Shown here in pieces: positions 39,868-48,301 of a DNA stretch of 64,000 nt. The notes beneath the pieces were generated by a model that worked only from the letters and a program-made list of their open reading frames with translations, ran no database searches and was not told where the DNA came from. Position 1 is the stretch's first letter, and each line of letters opens with the position of its first letter. The DNA is from an uncultured Bdellovibrionales bacterium (lineage in GTDB: Bacteria; Bdellovibrionota; Bdellovibrionia; Bdellovibrionales; JAEYZS01): positions 26,518 to 90,517 of the forward strand of contig CAYXYF010000005.1 in assembly GCA_964469265.1 (NCBI GenBank), read 5' to 3'. A program made the translations under genes and the position numbers.

Positions 39868-40317
39868 TTACTCTTTTGTCTCTGAGCTAGTAGTTGCAGC
39901 TGGTTTTTTGGAAGCTTTTTCAGCTGGCTTATCTGTTGCTGTCTCTGCTGGAGCTGGTTTTGCAACTTTTGCCGTTTTAACCTTAGTATCAAGGATATCT
40001 TTTCTTAGTTTTTCAATATGCTTCATGATCGAAGTGTCTTTAAGCTTTAACTTCGTATTTAAAACGTCAATGGCTTTATCAGCAGCTTCAGATTCAGCTA
40101 ACGGAACGATACTTTCGTTAAAAAACTTACTTTTCTTGGTTTCCGTAACAAGATGCTTAGCTTGGGCCTCAACAATTTTGCCAGCGATCGTGATATTTTC
40201 CACCACTTGCTCTTTAATCTGCTCTTTGTTCTGAATCACGTGCTTTACTTGATCGATAAAAGCTCTTTTAGCGTCTTGTTGCGTTCTAGTCGATTTGGAT
40301 TGGTTGTTTTCGCTCAT
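39868..40317 (-). CDS. Hypothetical charged/helical protein
   Basis: GGAGG RBS; Lys/Glu-rich with an Ala/Pro/Thr tail. Confidence 0.6.
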   Translation of the reverse strand: MSENNQSKSTRTQQDAKRAFIDQVKHVIQNKEQIKEQVVENITIAGKIVEAQAKHLVTETKKSKFFNESIVPLAESEAADKAIDVLNTKLKLKDTSIMKHIEKLRKDILDTKVKTAKVAKPAPAETATDKPAEKASKKPAATTSSETKE

Positions 40318-40438
40318 CTTTCCTCCTTGGTTTGGAAAGACATGGTAGCACCACGGTTCGGTTAATACCTAGGCAATTTTTATAATTTGGACCCATTGCT
40401 TGAACAATTGAGTTCCATTTGTTAATCCATTTTTCTCT

Positions 40439-41131
40439 ATGCGTAACATCTTTAATCCAGCTTCAAATATCATTAATAAGGAATACACCCTTAATCCATA
40501 TCTTCTAAAACTACGTGGCGAGTTTAAAAACGTTTATTTTGATTTAGAAGACGCAAAAAAATTGAAAGGGAAATGGAAACAAGATTCATTTAACGTGGCG
40601 CAGGACGTTCCTATGGACCTTGAGATAGGAACGGGCAATGGTTTTTTCTTTGCGCATCATTGTTTTCAAAATCCAGAACGCAGGGTAGTTGGTCTTGAAA
40701 TTAAATACAAACCACTTCATCAAACATTAAAGCGAGCGCAGTCTCTGGGTGCGACAAACGGCCGCGGTATTCGAATGCACGCCTCTGAAGTGGATCAGAT
40801 TTTTGAGCCCAACGAAGTCGAGAATGTTTACATTTATTTTCCAGATCCGTGGCCAAAAAAAAGACACCATAAGAACAGATTAATTCAGCTGGATTTTCTA
40901 CATCGCATTTATGATCTTCAAAAACAAAGTACGTTCTTTGAATTTAAAACTGACAATAAAGAATATTTTGATTGGACGGTGGAACGATTAAAACAGAGTC
41001 CATACCGTATTGACCGCCTGACATATGATCTTCATAACTCCGAATGGGTGAATGAAAATTTTGAAACTCATTTTGAAAAGCTATGGACGACAAAAGGTTT
41101 AAAAACCATGCTCGTGCGCTGTTACAAATAA
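40439..41131 (+). CDS. trmB: tRNA (guanine-N7)-methyltransferase
   Basis: DLEIGTGNG, GLEI, YFPDPWPKKRHHKNRL, KTD, THFE. Confidence 0.95.
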   Translation: MRNIFNPASNIINKEYTLNPYLLKLRGEFKNVYFDLEDAKKLKGKWKQDSFNVAQDVPMDLEIGTGNGFFFAHHCFQNPERRVVGLEIKYKPLHQTLKRAQSLGATNGRGIRMHASEVDQIFEPNEVENVYIYFPDPWPKKRHHKNRLIQLDFLHRIYDLQKQSTFFEFKTDNKEYFDWTVERLKQSPYRIDRLTYDLHNSEWVNENFETHFEKLWTTKGLKTMLVRCYK

Positions 41132-41145
41132 TCCTAAAGATTAGT

Positions 41146-42294
41146 CTATAAAAACTTATCTATAATTACTGGCGGTTGGGTTCCTATTTCTTGCAATGAG
41201 CGGTAGTTGTACTCAAGATCATAAGCCCCCGTGCCTTGAGGGTTGATGTAAGGAACAATACTATACCCCGCCATCACATTGCTAATCCCTTTGATTTTGA
41301 CATGCACACTCAGCTTATCGCCTGGATTTAAATGAATAACGTAAAGCTCTGACCCTTTAAACACCAGGGAACGATTAGAAAACTGAACCTCACCTTGAAA
41401 GGTTTGGGCGCGAGGTGGAATCTTGACTCGATCACAAGAACCTTTACAAACAGCGGGAAAAACAAAATCCTGCTTTTTGAGTGCAAAAGAAATTTTAGTT
41501 TGAAATGGATTTGAAAAATCCATTTTATAATCTAAAAGAAAAAAGGGTGCGGAGCCAAAATGAACCTTGAGCTGCGGCCTGATTTTTTGAAATTTTAGAT
41601 TTAAAACATAAGACCACTGGGTTTTATCAGAGCCTCTTAAAACGATCCGACACTTTTGGTGAGGATAATAGTTTTGGATAGGAATATCCTCAAACACAGT
41701 GTCATCACTTAAAACTAAATCATTAAGAGTGATGCCTCGGGGCGTGGGCACAGACACGACACTGCTAAATTTCTCACAATAGAGTTCAACCTGGGTCTTA
41801 GCTGACGTCGTTGTAATCAGGGTGTTTTGAAAATCAGTGTAGTTGATAGTTTGAGGGATATTTATTTCTGAAAGAAGCTCTTGAGATGAGATGCTTTTAC
41901 TAAAACGGAAGGTCTTAGTGGAATGATTGGGGTTTTTAAGAATGAGTTCAAATTCGCAGTCAGCCACGCTACCTATTAAAAAAATACGAGGAGATACGAT
42001 GGATTTAAACTGTAAAGGAAGGTGGGCCACAGGTTTTTCAAAAGTTGCACTTTCATTTGCAGTGACGCAAACCGACCTTCCTGTAATACGGACATTGTCT
42101 ATGGGGTTGGCGTTGTCATTGTCGTGGAAGTTGATGTAGTCATTAATTTTAAATTGGTTTTGGTTTTTCACCTCAACCAGCTCTTGACCTTCTTGTGTGT
42201 AAAATTGAATCGATGGGGCCTTCCAGTTGTCGACGATGTTTTCTTTATCGCAACCAAAGAATAACGGCGCTAGAAATAAAAATAAGAATTGCAT
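41146..42294 (-). CDS. Hypothetical lipoprotein
   Basis: Lipobox MQFLFLFLAPLFFG-C; beta-rich mature region. Confidence 0.65.
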   Translation of the reverse strand: MQFLFLFLAPLFFGCDKENIVDNWKAPSIQFYTQEGQELVEVKNQNQFKINDYINFHDNDNANPIDNVRITGRSVCVTANESATFEKPVAHLPLQFKSIVSPRIFLIGSVADCEFELILKNPNHSTKTFRFSKSISSQELLSEINIPQTINYTDFQNTLITTTSAKTQVELYCEKFSSVVSVPTPRGITLNDLVLSDDTVFEDIPIQNYYPHQKCRIVLRGSDKTQWSYVLNLKFQKIRPQLKVHFGSAPFFLLDYKMDFSNPFQTKISFALKKQDFVFPAVCKGSCDRVKIPPRAQTFQGEVQFSNRSLVFKGSELYVIHLNPGDKLSVHVKIKGISNVMAGYSIVPYINPQGTGAYDLEYNYRSLQEIGTQPPVIIDKFL

Positions 42295-42401
42295 AGATCT
42301 CCTTTTTGAAAAGTAGATATGCAAACTCAACATGCCAGTGAGGTATTAATAAATTCTCGGTCATAGAGAAGTCGGACAAGAGTTTCGGACCAATGTACGG
42401 A

Positions 42402-42689
42402 TTACCAGTAATCCGTATCGATAACGATATCGCCGAGGATCCGAGTTTGACAGCTCATGCGCATGGGACCTGTAACGTCGTGGATTTCCTTCATGTCAAT
42501 TTCAAGATCTTCTTCGGGGGAGAGGTTTTCTTTGCCTTCTATGATCTTTACCATGCATCGAATGCAGACGCCCTCTCCACCACAGGACGAAGCCACTGGA
42601 ATCCCGTTTTCATTGAGAACTTCGAAAAGATTCGCGCCCATAGGAACTTCGATCTCTTTTTGACTCTTTGCAAATCTGATCTTAGGCAT
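42402..42689 (-). CDS. 2Fe-2S ferredoxin
   Basis: SSCGGEGVCIRC...RMSCQ. Confidence 0.9.
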   Translation of the reverse strand: MPKIRFAKSQKEIEVPMGANLFEVLNENGIPVASSCGGEGVCIRCMVKIIEGKENLSPEEDLEIDMKEIHDVTGPMRMSCQTRILGDIVIDTDYW

Positions 42690-42822
42690 GGCCCATATTG
42701 AATATATTGGCTATAGGAGTCAACAAGAAGCTAAATTGCCGAGCTTCACTTGTTAAATTGTCATGCAATGCCATATTTGCTATATCTAACTATCCAATAT
42801 TTTTGAGTAACTTGAGGTAAGA

Positions 42823-43749
42823 ATGAGTATTGAAAAAGTGATTATTATCGGATCGGGGCCCGCAGGATATACGGCTGCAATTTACTCCGCGAGAGCAAAC
42901 CTTAAACCTGTCTTATTTGAAGGCGATGAGCCTGGTGGACAGTTAATGACAACAACGGACGTAGAAAATTATCCAGGGTTTGCCGACGGTGTCATGGGAC
43001 CTGAGATGATGCAGGTGTTTAGAAAACAAGCTGAGCGCTTCGGAACTCGTATGATCTCTAAGAGAGTAGACAAGGTCGATTTTTCAAAAAGACCTTATAA
43101 GGTGTGGGTCGACGGCCAAGAGTACCAAGCACAAACAGTAATCATTTCAACGGGTGCAACAGCTAAGCTTCTTAACATTGAATCTGAAAAAAAGTTCTGG
43201 GGAAAGGGTGTTTCTGCATGTGCAACATGTGATGGCGCCTTCTTTAAAGATGTTGAAGTTGCAATTGTGGGCGGCGGCGATACTGCAATGGAAGAAGCAT
43301 TATTCTTAACAAGATATGCCACTAAAGTTCATGTCATTCACAGACGCGATACCTTTAGAGCATCAAAAATTATGGCTGACCGAGTTTTGAACCATGAAAA
43401 AATCAGTGTGATCTGGAACAGTGAAGTTGAAGAAGTCTTCGGTGATCGAATTGTTCGTGGAGTGAAGATTAAGAATACAAAAGATGGTTCTATCTCTGAG
43501 CTTCCTGTTGAAGGTTTGTTTGTGGCAATCGGGCATAAGCCAAATACTGACATCTTTAAGGGTCAAATTGATCTCAATGACGTGGGCTACATCCTCACGA
43601 AACCAGATTCGACATTCACAAATGTCGATGGAGTATTTGCATGTGGTGACGTGCAAGACCCTGTCTATAGACAAGCTGTTACGGCAGCGGGCACGGGGTG
43701 CATGGCTGCAATCGATGCGGAAAGATGGTTAGAAAAAAATCACATGTAA
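42823..43749 (+). CDS. trxB: Thioredoxin-disulfide reductase
   Basis: IIGSGPAG, CATCDG, VGGGDTAMEEA, GDVQD. Confidence 0.97.
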   Translation: MSIEKVIIIGSGPAGYTAAIYSARANLKPVLFEGDEPGGQLMTTTDVENYPGFADGVMGPEMMQVFRKQAERFGTRMISKRVDKVDFSKRPYKVWVDGQEYQAQTVIISTGATAKLLNIESEKKFWGKGVSACATCDGAFFKDVEVAIVGGGDTAMEEALFLTRYATKVHVIHRRDTFRASKIMADRVLNHEKISVIWNSEVEEVFGDRIVRGVKIKNTKDGSISELPVEGLFVAIGHKPNTDIFKGQIDLNDVGYILTKPDSTFTNVDGVFACGDVQDPVYRQAVTAAGTGCMAAIDAERWLEKNHM

Positions 43750-43760
43750 AAGGCGAGGCC

Positions 43761-44255
43761 ATGTCGAAGAAAATCAATACGAAGTCTCTGATAGACAAAA
43801 TCGAAAAGCTCACAAAAGAGAAAATGACCCAACAAGAGGTTGTTTCTTTAGATCAATTTCGGTCTCTACAAAAGAAAGAAGATCCTAAAACGATATTAGT
43901 TATCGATGATGATGAAAGTGTGAGAGCCGCCCTTCGAAGACTTTTTGAAACCGAGGGCTACAAAGTTATTTCTGCAGCCGACGGAACTCAGCTGTCAGAT
44001 GTATTGGATGATTCACCCATTGACCTTATTGTGTTAGATATCGGACTTCCGTGGTTAAACGGCTATGAGCTTGCAAAGCTACTCAAAGAACATGAAGACC
44101 TTAAGAAGATTCCTTTGGTCTTTTTATCTGCAAAAACAAGTGAGCTAGATGTAAAACGCGGGTTTGAAGTCGGGGCAGACGATTACATCAAAAAACCTTT
44201 TGAAGTTGATCAAATCAAAAAGGCCGTCCAAACCCTTCTTAAACTAAGAGCTTAA
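43761..44255 (+). CDS. Single-domain response regulator with N-terminal extension
   Basis: ILVIDDD, LDIGLP, FLSA, DYIKKPF. Confidence 0.9.
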   Translation: MSKKINTKSLIDKIEKLTKEKMTQQEVVSLDQFRSLQKKEDPKTILVIDDDESVRAALRRLFETEGYKVISAADGTQLSDVLDDSPIDLIVLDIGLPWLNGYELAKLLKEHEDLKKIPLVFLSAKTSELDVKRGFEVGADDYIKKPFEVDQIKKAVQTLLKLRA

Positions 44256-45973
44256 AGGCTTAAGCTCTTAGGAATTCCCTTTGGAATAGCACTTAGAAGT
44301 TTTTTAGTATATTCGTGCTGCGGATTTTCGTAGATGGATAGGGCATCGCTCTTCTCAACGACTTTTCCGTTGTACATAACTGCAACTTCATCTGCGATGA
44401 ATTTTACAACCGCAAGATCATGCGAAATAAAGATATACGTTAAATCCATTTCTTTTTGTAAATCTAAGAGTAAATTTAAGATTTGAGCTTGAATGGAAAC
44501 ATCAAGTGCAGAGACAGACTCATCACAAATAATAAAGTCGGGCTGGACAGCAAGTGCTCTTGCAATACAAATTCTTTGGCGTTGTCCACCTGAGAATTCA
44601 TGGGGGTAACGGTTTAAAAACTTTCGCTCAAGTCCAACTTTATCCATGAGCTCAGCTGCCATTTCCATGCGCTCGTCTTTGTTCTTTCCAAGACCATGAA
44701 TAGCCATAGGCTCTGTGATGGCACTAGCAATTGTCATTCTTGGATTTAAAGAAGCATACGGATCTTGGAAAATGATCTGCATTTTTCTTCGAAGTTTACG
44801 TAGATCAGTTGAGTTTAGTGAAGGAATATTCACGCCGTTATACTTGATCTCACCAGAGGTCGGTTCAATTAATCTTAAAATGGTTCGTCCAAGAGTAGAC
44901 TTACCACAGCCTGACTCTCCAACTAGTCCCAAAGTTCTTCCTTTGCGGACTTCGAGGCTAACACCGTCGACGGCCTTTACGTGAGAGCGAACTTTACCAA
45001 AGATTCCGCCCTTAATCGGAAAATGTTTTTTAACATCTTTAAGTTCAAGAAGGACTGGATGCTCTGCCGAGATTGGCTTGATGATTTTTTCTTTAGCCAT
45101 CGCTGCCACATCAAAGGTTTTCGCAGTTCCATCAGCACTCATAAAGTCACTGACCGTTGGCAGTCTTAATGGATTTCTTTCAAGTGATGGTCTGCAAGCT
45201 AAGAGCCCTTTTGTATAAGGATGTTTTGGGTCTTTAAAAATCTGTTCAGTTGTTCCTTTTTCAACAATGTCCCCACGATACATAACAACGACTTCGTCAG
45301 CAATATCTGCAATCACACCTAAGTCGTGAGTAATGAACAGCATACTCATTTTATATTTTTTCTGAAGGTCATGGAGAAGCTCTAAGATTTGCTTTTGAAT
45401 CGTAACATCAAGGGCAGTGGTGGGTTCATCGGCAATAAGAAGCGACGGATTGCATGCAATCGCCATTGCAATCATGATCCTTTGTCTTTGTCCGCCAGAT
45501 AGTTCATGCGGATAAGACTTAATTCTTTTCTCTGGATCAGGGATTCCAACTTGATCCATAAGTTCTAATGTTTTTCCATGTGCCTCTTTTTTAGAAACAT
45601 TTTGATGAAGTAAGATCGTCTCAGCAATTTGATCGCCTACGGTGAAGACAGGGTTTAAAGAGGTCATTGGCTCCTGGAAAATCATGGAGATTTTATTTCC
45701 ACGAATTTCTCTCATCTTAGACTCTCGTAGCTTTAGAAGGTCGGTCCCGTCAAACGTGATGGATCCACTGGAGATGTCGCCAGGTGGATTTGGAATCAAA
45801 CGCATAATCGATAAAGAGGTCACACTCTTTCCTGAACCAGATTCTCCCACAAGCCCCACGGTCTTCCCGCGTGGAATGTTAAACGAGATATTTTTAACGG
45901 CCTTTACTATGCCGTCATCAGTTTTAAAGTCGATTGAAAGGTTTTTTATTTCTACGAGATTATCCGACACCAT
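44252..45973 (-). CDS. Peptide-type ABC transporter ATP-binding protein (two fused NBDs, OppD/OppF-like)
   Basis: Two GESG.GKS Walker A motifs, YPHELSGGQRQR/YPHEFSGGQRQR, HPYT. Start at MVSDNL with TGGGGGAA as RBS. Confidence 0.92.
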   Translation of the reverse strand: MVSDNLVEIKNLSIDFKTDDGIVKAVKNISFNIPRGKTVGLVGESGSGKSVTSLSIMRLIPNPPGDISSGSITFDGTDLLKLRESKMREIRGNKISMIFQEPMTSLNPVFTVGDQIAETILLHQNVSKKEAHGKTLELMDQVGIPDPEKRIKSYPHELSGGQRQRIMIAMAIACNPSLLIADEPTTALDVTIQKQILELLHDLQKKYKMSMLFITHDLGVIADIADEVVVMYRGDIVEKGTTEQIFKDPKHPYTKGLLACRPSLERNPLRLPTVSDFMSADGTAKTFDVAAMAKEKIIKPISAEHPVLLELKDVKKHFPIKGGIFGKVRSHVKAVDGVSLEVRKGRTLGLVGESGCGKSTLGRTILRLIEPTSGEIKYNGVNIPSLNSTDLRKLRRKMQIIFQDPYASLNPRMTIASAITEPMAIHGLGKNKDERMEMAAELMDKVGLERKFLNRYPHEFSGGQRQRICIARALAVQPDFIICDESVSALDVSIQAQILNLLLDLQKEMDLTYIFISHDLAVVKFIADEVAVMYNGKVVEKSDALSIYENPQHEYTKKLLSAIPKGIPKSLSL

Positions 45974-46149
45974 TTCCCCCAAAACTTTTTGAACATGGTT
46001 GAATTTGATTAATAGCCATTGTCCTACGAAATGGCAAAAACTCAAATCAAATCCAGAGCATAACTCTAATTTTCCCCTCCGCACTCGCCTTTCCGCGTTA
46101 TCGACGAATGGTGCAAAACAGCTCTACTCTGCGCTGAAAGAGTTACTGA

Positions 46150-46165
46150 TGCAAAGGTAGCGCCA
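46150..46165 (-). promoter_or_regulatory. sigma54 (-24/-12) promoter upstream of the ABC ATPase
   Basis: TGGCGCTACCTTTGCA on the minus strand, exact GG-N10-GC spacing. Confidence 0.6.
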
Positions 46166-46183
46166 ATATGCTATTTTTTAGAA

Positions 46184-46837
46184 ATGACATTAAGAGCAAA
46201 AACCGATTCAGAAAGTTTTATTCAAAAATTTTACGCACAAGATGAGGATCTCTTTCTTGAGATGAGAAGTAAGGCCCGAGAAAAAAAGTGCGAGCACATG
46301 ATGGTTGCACCCAGTGAGACAAGACTTTTGCAATCCTTAGTTGAAGTCCACGGCACAAAAAACCTTGTCGAGATTGGAACTTTATTTGGGTATACCGCAA
46401 TTTCTTTTGCTAAGGGAATCGGTGAGGGCGGAAAAGTTTGGACGTTAGAAAAGAGTCCTGAAAATGCTGAAATTGCTAAAGGTTTTATTAATCAAACGCC
46501 ATACAAAAATCGAATCGAAGTTGTTGTAGGCGACGCCCATGAAAACTTAAGTTCGCTTTCATCAGAGGGTCCGTTTGACTGTGTATTTATTGATGCAGAT
46601 AAAAGTGGATACGTCGATTACCTATTATGGGCAGAAAAAAATCTGAAATCAGGCGGTCTTGTCATTGCGGATAATACATTTTTAAGAGGTTCGGTGTGGG
46701 GAGCAGAAGTTAAAGGCTACTCTGAAAAGCAGTCCACCAAGATGCTAGAGTTTCATCAAATCTTTTCAGATCAAACTCGCTTTAAATCTACGATCTACCC
46801 AAGCTTTGACGGAATCGCGGTCGGCATTAAAGTTTAA
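46184..46837 (+). CDS. SAM-dependent O-methyltransferase (family 3)
   Basis: VEIGTLFGY, GDA, FIDADKSGY, GGLVIADNT. Confidence 0.9.
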   Translation: MTLRAKTDSESFIQKFYAQDEDLFLEMRSKAREKKCEHMMVAPSETRLLQSLVEVHGTKNLVEIGTLFGYTAISFAKGIGEGGKVWTLEKSPENAEIAKGFINQTPYKNRIEVVVGDAHENLSSLSSEGPFDCVFIDADKSGYVDYLLWAEKNLKSGGLVIADNTFLRGSVWGAEVKGYSEKQSTKMLEFHQIFSDQTRFKSTIYPSFDGIAVGIKV

Positions 46838-47919
46838 TATCTGTGCCATTTCTGCTTAACGACTCTACACATATTTGAAATCGCAGAAGATCTTGCACAG
46901 TGATCGCGCGCAGATTCAAACCCTGCAACGATATCGGCGAAGTCCAAATTCTCTGGGGGAATGATTTCAAGCAGGCGCTCGAGAGTTTCTAAATATACTG
47001 TAACAGCTGGTTCAAAAAGTTTCGCTAATTCGGGATTTGCGTAGTCTTGGTAAAAATCTAAATAATTATGAAGTTTTTGTATCGGGTAAAATAATCCAAC
47101 TAGTCCGTGAACATGCATGCGAACATTTGGGTTATCGAGATTTTGACTCAATACGAATAAGCGATCGTCAGTAAGGTTATGGCTCAAATTGAAAACAGAT
47201 TGTTTGAGTTTTTCGATACTGTTTTTGTCATAATCTTGGTGCAATTGGAATTCTCTAAGCGCTCTATTAAACCTTTGAATGTGCGCAATGGTAGAAAGTG
47301 AATTTGATGGCGTTACAACTTTTTTTGGATCACATCGATAAACTGAAATGAGGTCGTTATCCCAGCTGGAGCTTGCGGTCCATGCCGTTAAGATGTCTTC
47401 ATTTGTTGTGATTTCCCATTTGTTGGCAAGGCTTGGACCGTGTTTATTGAAAGCATACTTTTCAGTGAGGTAAATAAATGAGTGCCCTGGCTCTGGCCCT
47501 CCGATTGTTATCCAGTCTCCAGCTTGGATGCCGTCTTCTTTATTAATATTGCGGCAAAATGAACTCTCAGACGAAAGATATAAGTCAGTAAGCTCTTTGC
47601 CCATCGTCATGTAAAGAAACTGATTAAAACCAAGGATATTTAACGAAAAATTATGGCAGTTGGGTCCACCTAAGGAAGACCGTTCAGCCAGGAGTTGATC
47701 AGCAATCGCAGCGGGCAGGCAACTTTTAAGGTCGATTGAATAACCAAAGCCAGTTTTTACAATGGCAGCGGAGCAAGTGGTCTTAAAAATTTTTTGAGTG
47801 GAAGCTCTTATTTTATGAAGTTCACTACTATCTGGATCAGAGACTATGGTTGAGGCATTGAGGCGGGTAGTAGTTAACGCCAACAAAAATAGGCAGCCTA
47901 TTGTTAAGACCTTAACCAT
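46834..47919 (-). CDS. Secreted hypothetical protein with NlpC/P60-like Cys-His pattern
   Basis: Signal peptide MVKVLTIGCLFLLALTTTRLNA; GPNCHN...AGDWITIG...HSFIYL...FNKHG. Alternative start at 47952. Confidence 0.6.
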   Translation of the reverse strand: MVKVLTIGCLFLLALTTTRLNASTIVSDPDSSELHKIRASTQKIFKTTCSAAIVKTGFGYSIDLKSCLPAAIADQLLAERSSLGGPNCHNFSLNILGFNQFLYMTMGKELTDLYLSSESSFCRNINKEDGIQAGDWITIGGPEPGHSFIYLTEKYAFNKHGPSLANKWEITTNEDILTAWTASSSWDNDLISVYRCDPKKVVTPSNSLSTIAHIQRFNRALREFQLHQDYDKNSIEKLKQSVFNLSHNLTDDRLFVLSQNLDNPNVRMHVHGLVGLFYPIQKLHNYLDFYQDYANPELAKLFEPAVTVYLETLERLLEIIPPENLDFADIVAGFESARDHCARSSAISNMCRVVKQKWHRY

Positions 47920-47964
47920 TGTACTTCTTGTTAGTCCGCGGATGGGTTTCATGCCCGTAACTAA

Positions 47965-47980
47965 TGCAACCCCTAGTCCA
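47965..47980 (-). promoter_or_regulatory. sigma54 (-24/-12) promoter of the secreted protein
   Basis: TGGACTAGGGGTTGCA on the minus strand, exact GG-N10-GC spacing. Confidence 0.5.
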
Positions 47981-48175
47981 GCCTAAAATAGTTGTTAAAT
48001 TGTTGCCCCCAACTCATAAAAATGGGGACGGACCCCATCGTATGAGCGAAAAACGTCTCTGTGCTAAAACCCTAATCACGAGGGATAATTATTAGTAAAA
48101 TTAATAACTTGCTCTAGAGATGAGGCTCTGAGTGTCTGAATTCTGGAAAATGCGGGTGGTATGAGAGGCTATTAG

Positions 48176-48188
48176 AATCAATAAATTG
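48176..48188 (+). promoter_or_regulatory. IHF-binding site
   Basis: AATCAA-TAAA-TTG matches WATCAANNNNTTR, 20 bp upstream of a sigma54 -24 element. Confidence 0.6.
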
Positions 48189-48208
48189 CTTTAGAGTTTG
48201 GCCAGCGC

Positions 48209-48224
48209 TGGCATCAGGCTTGCT
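48209..48224 (+). promoter_or_regulatory. sigma54 (-24/-12) promoter with no downstream CDS
   Basis: TGGCATCAGGCTTGCT, close to consensus TGGCACG-N4-TTGCW. Confidence 0.75.
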
Positions 48225-48234
48225 CTATATATAA

Positions 48235-48297
48235 GTAACTCATTCATCCCCCTCCCCTAAGCGGTCTTGGTTCCCCCACCAGGACCGCAATTTTTTT
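48235..48297 (+). ncRNA. Candidate C-rich small regulatory RNA (~63 nt)
   Basis: Lies between a sigma54 promoter and a + strand terminator; no ORF; contains CATCCCCCTCCCCT and loop TTCCCCCA. The 5' end is inferred. Confidence 0.6.
48261..48297 (+). terminator. Intrinsic terminator, + strand
   Basis: GCGGTCTTGG/CCAGGACCGC 10-bp stem (G.U wobble only on +) followed by AA and T7. Confidence 0.8.
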
Positions 48298-48301
48298 GGG
48301 G

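Noticed and set aside
42320-42337. TGGCA-N8-TTGCA upstream of a lipoprotein gene
   Set aside because: The spacer is 2 nt too long, and sigma54 spacing is strict.
46110-46175. Resemblance to a c-di-GMP-I (GEMM) riboswitch (GCAAAA...GAAAGAGT...GATGCAAAG)
   Set aside because: No GNRA-capped P2, no clear tetraloop receptor or P1 closing stem by eye. The same bases are better explained as a minus-strand sigma54 promoter. An Infernal scan would settle it.
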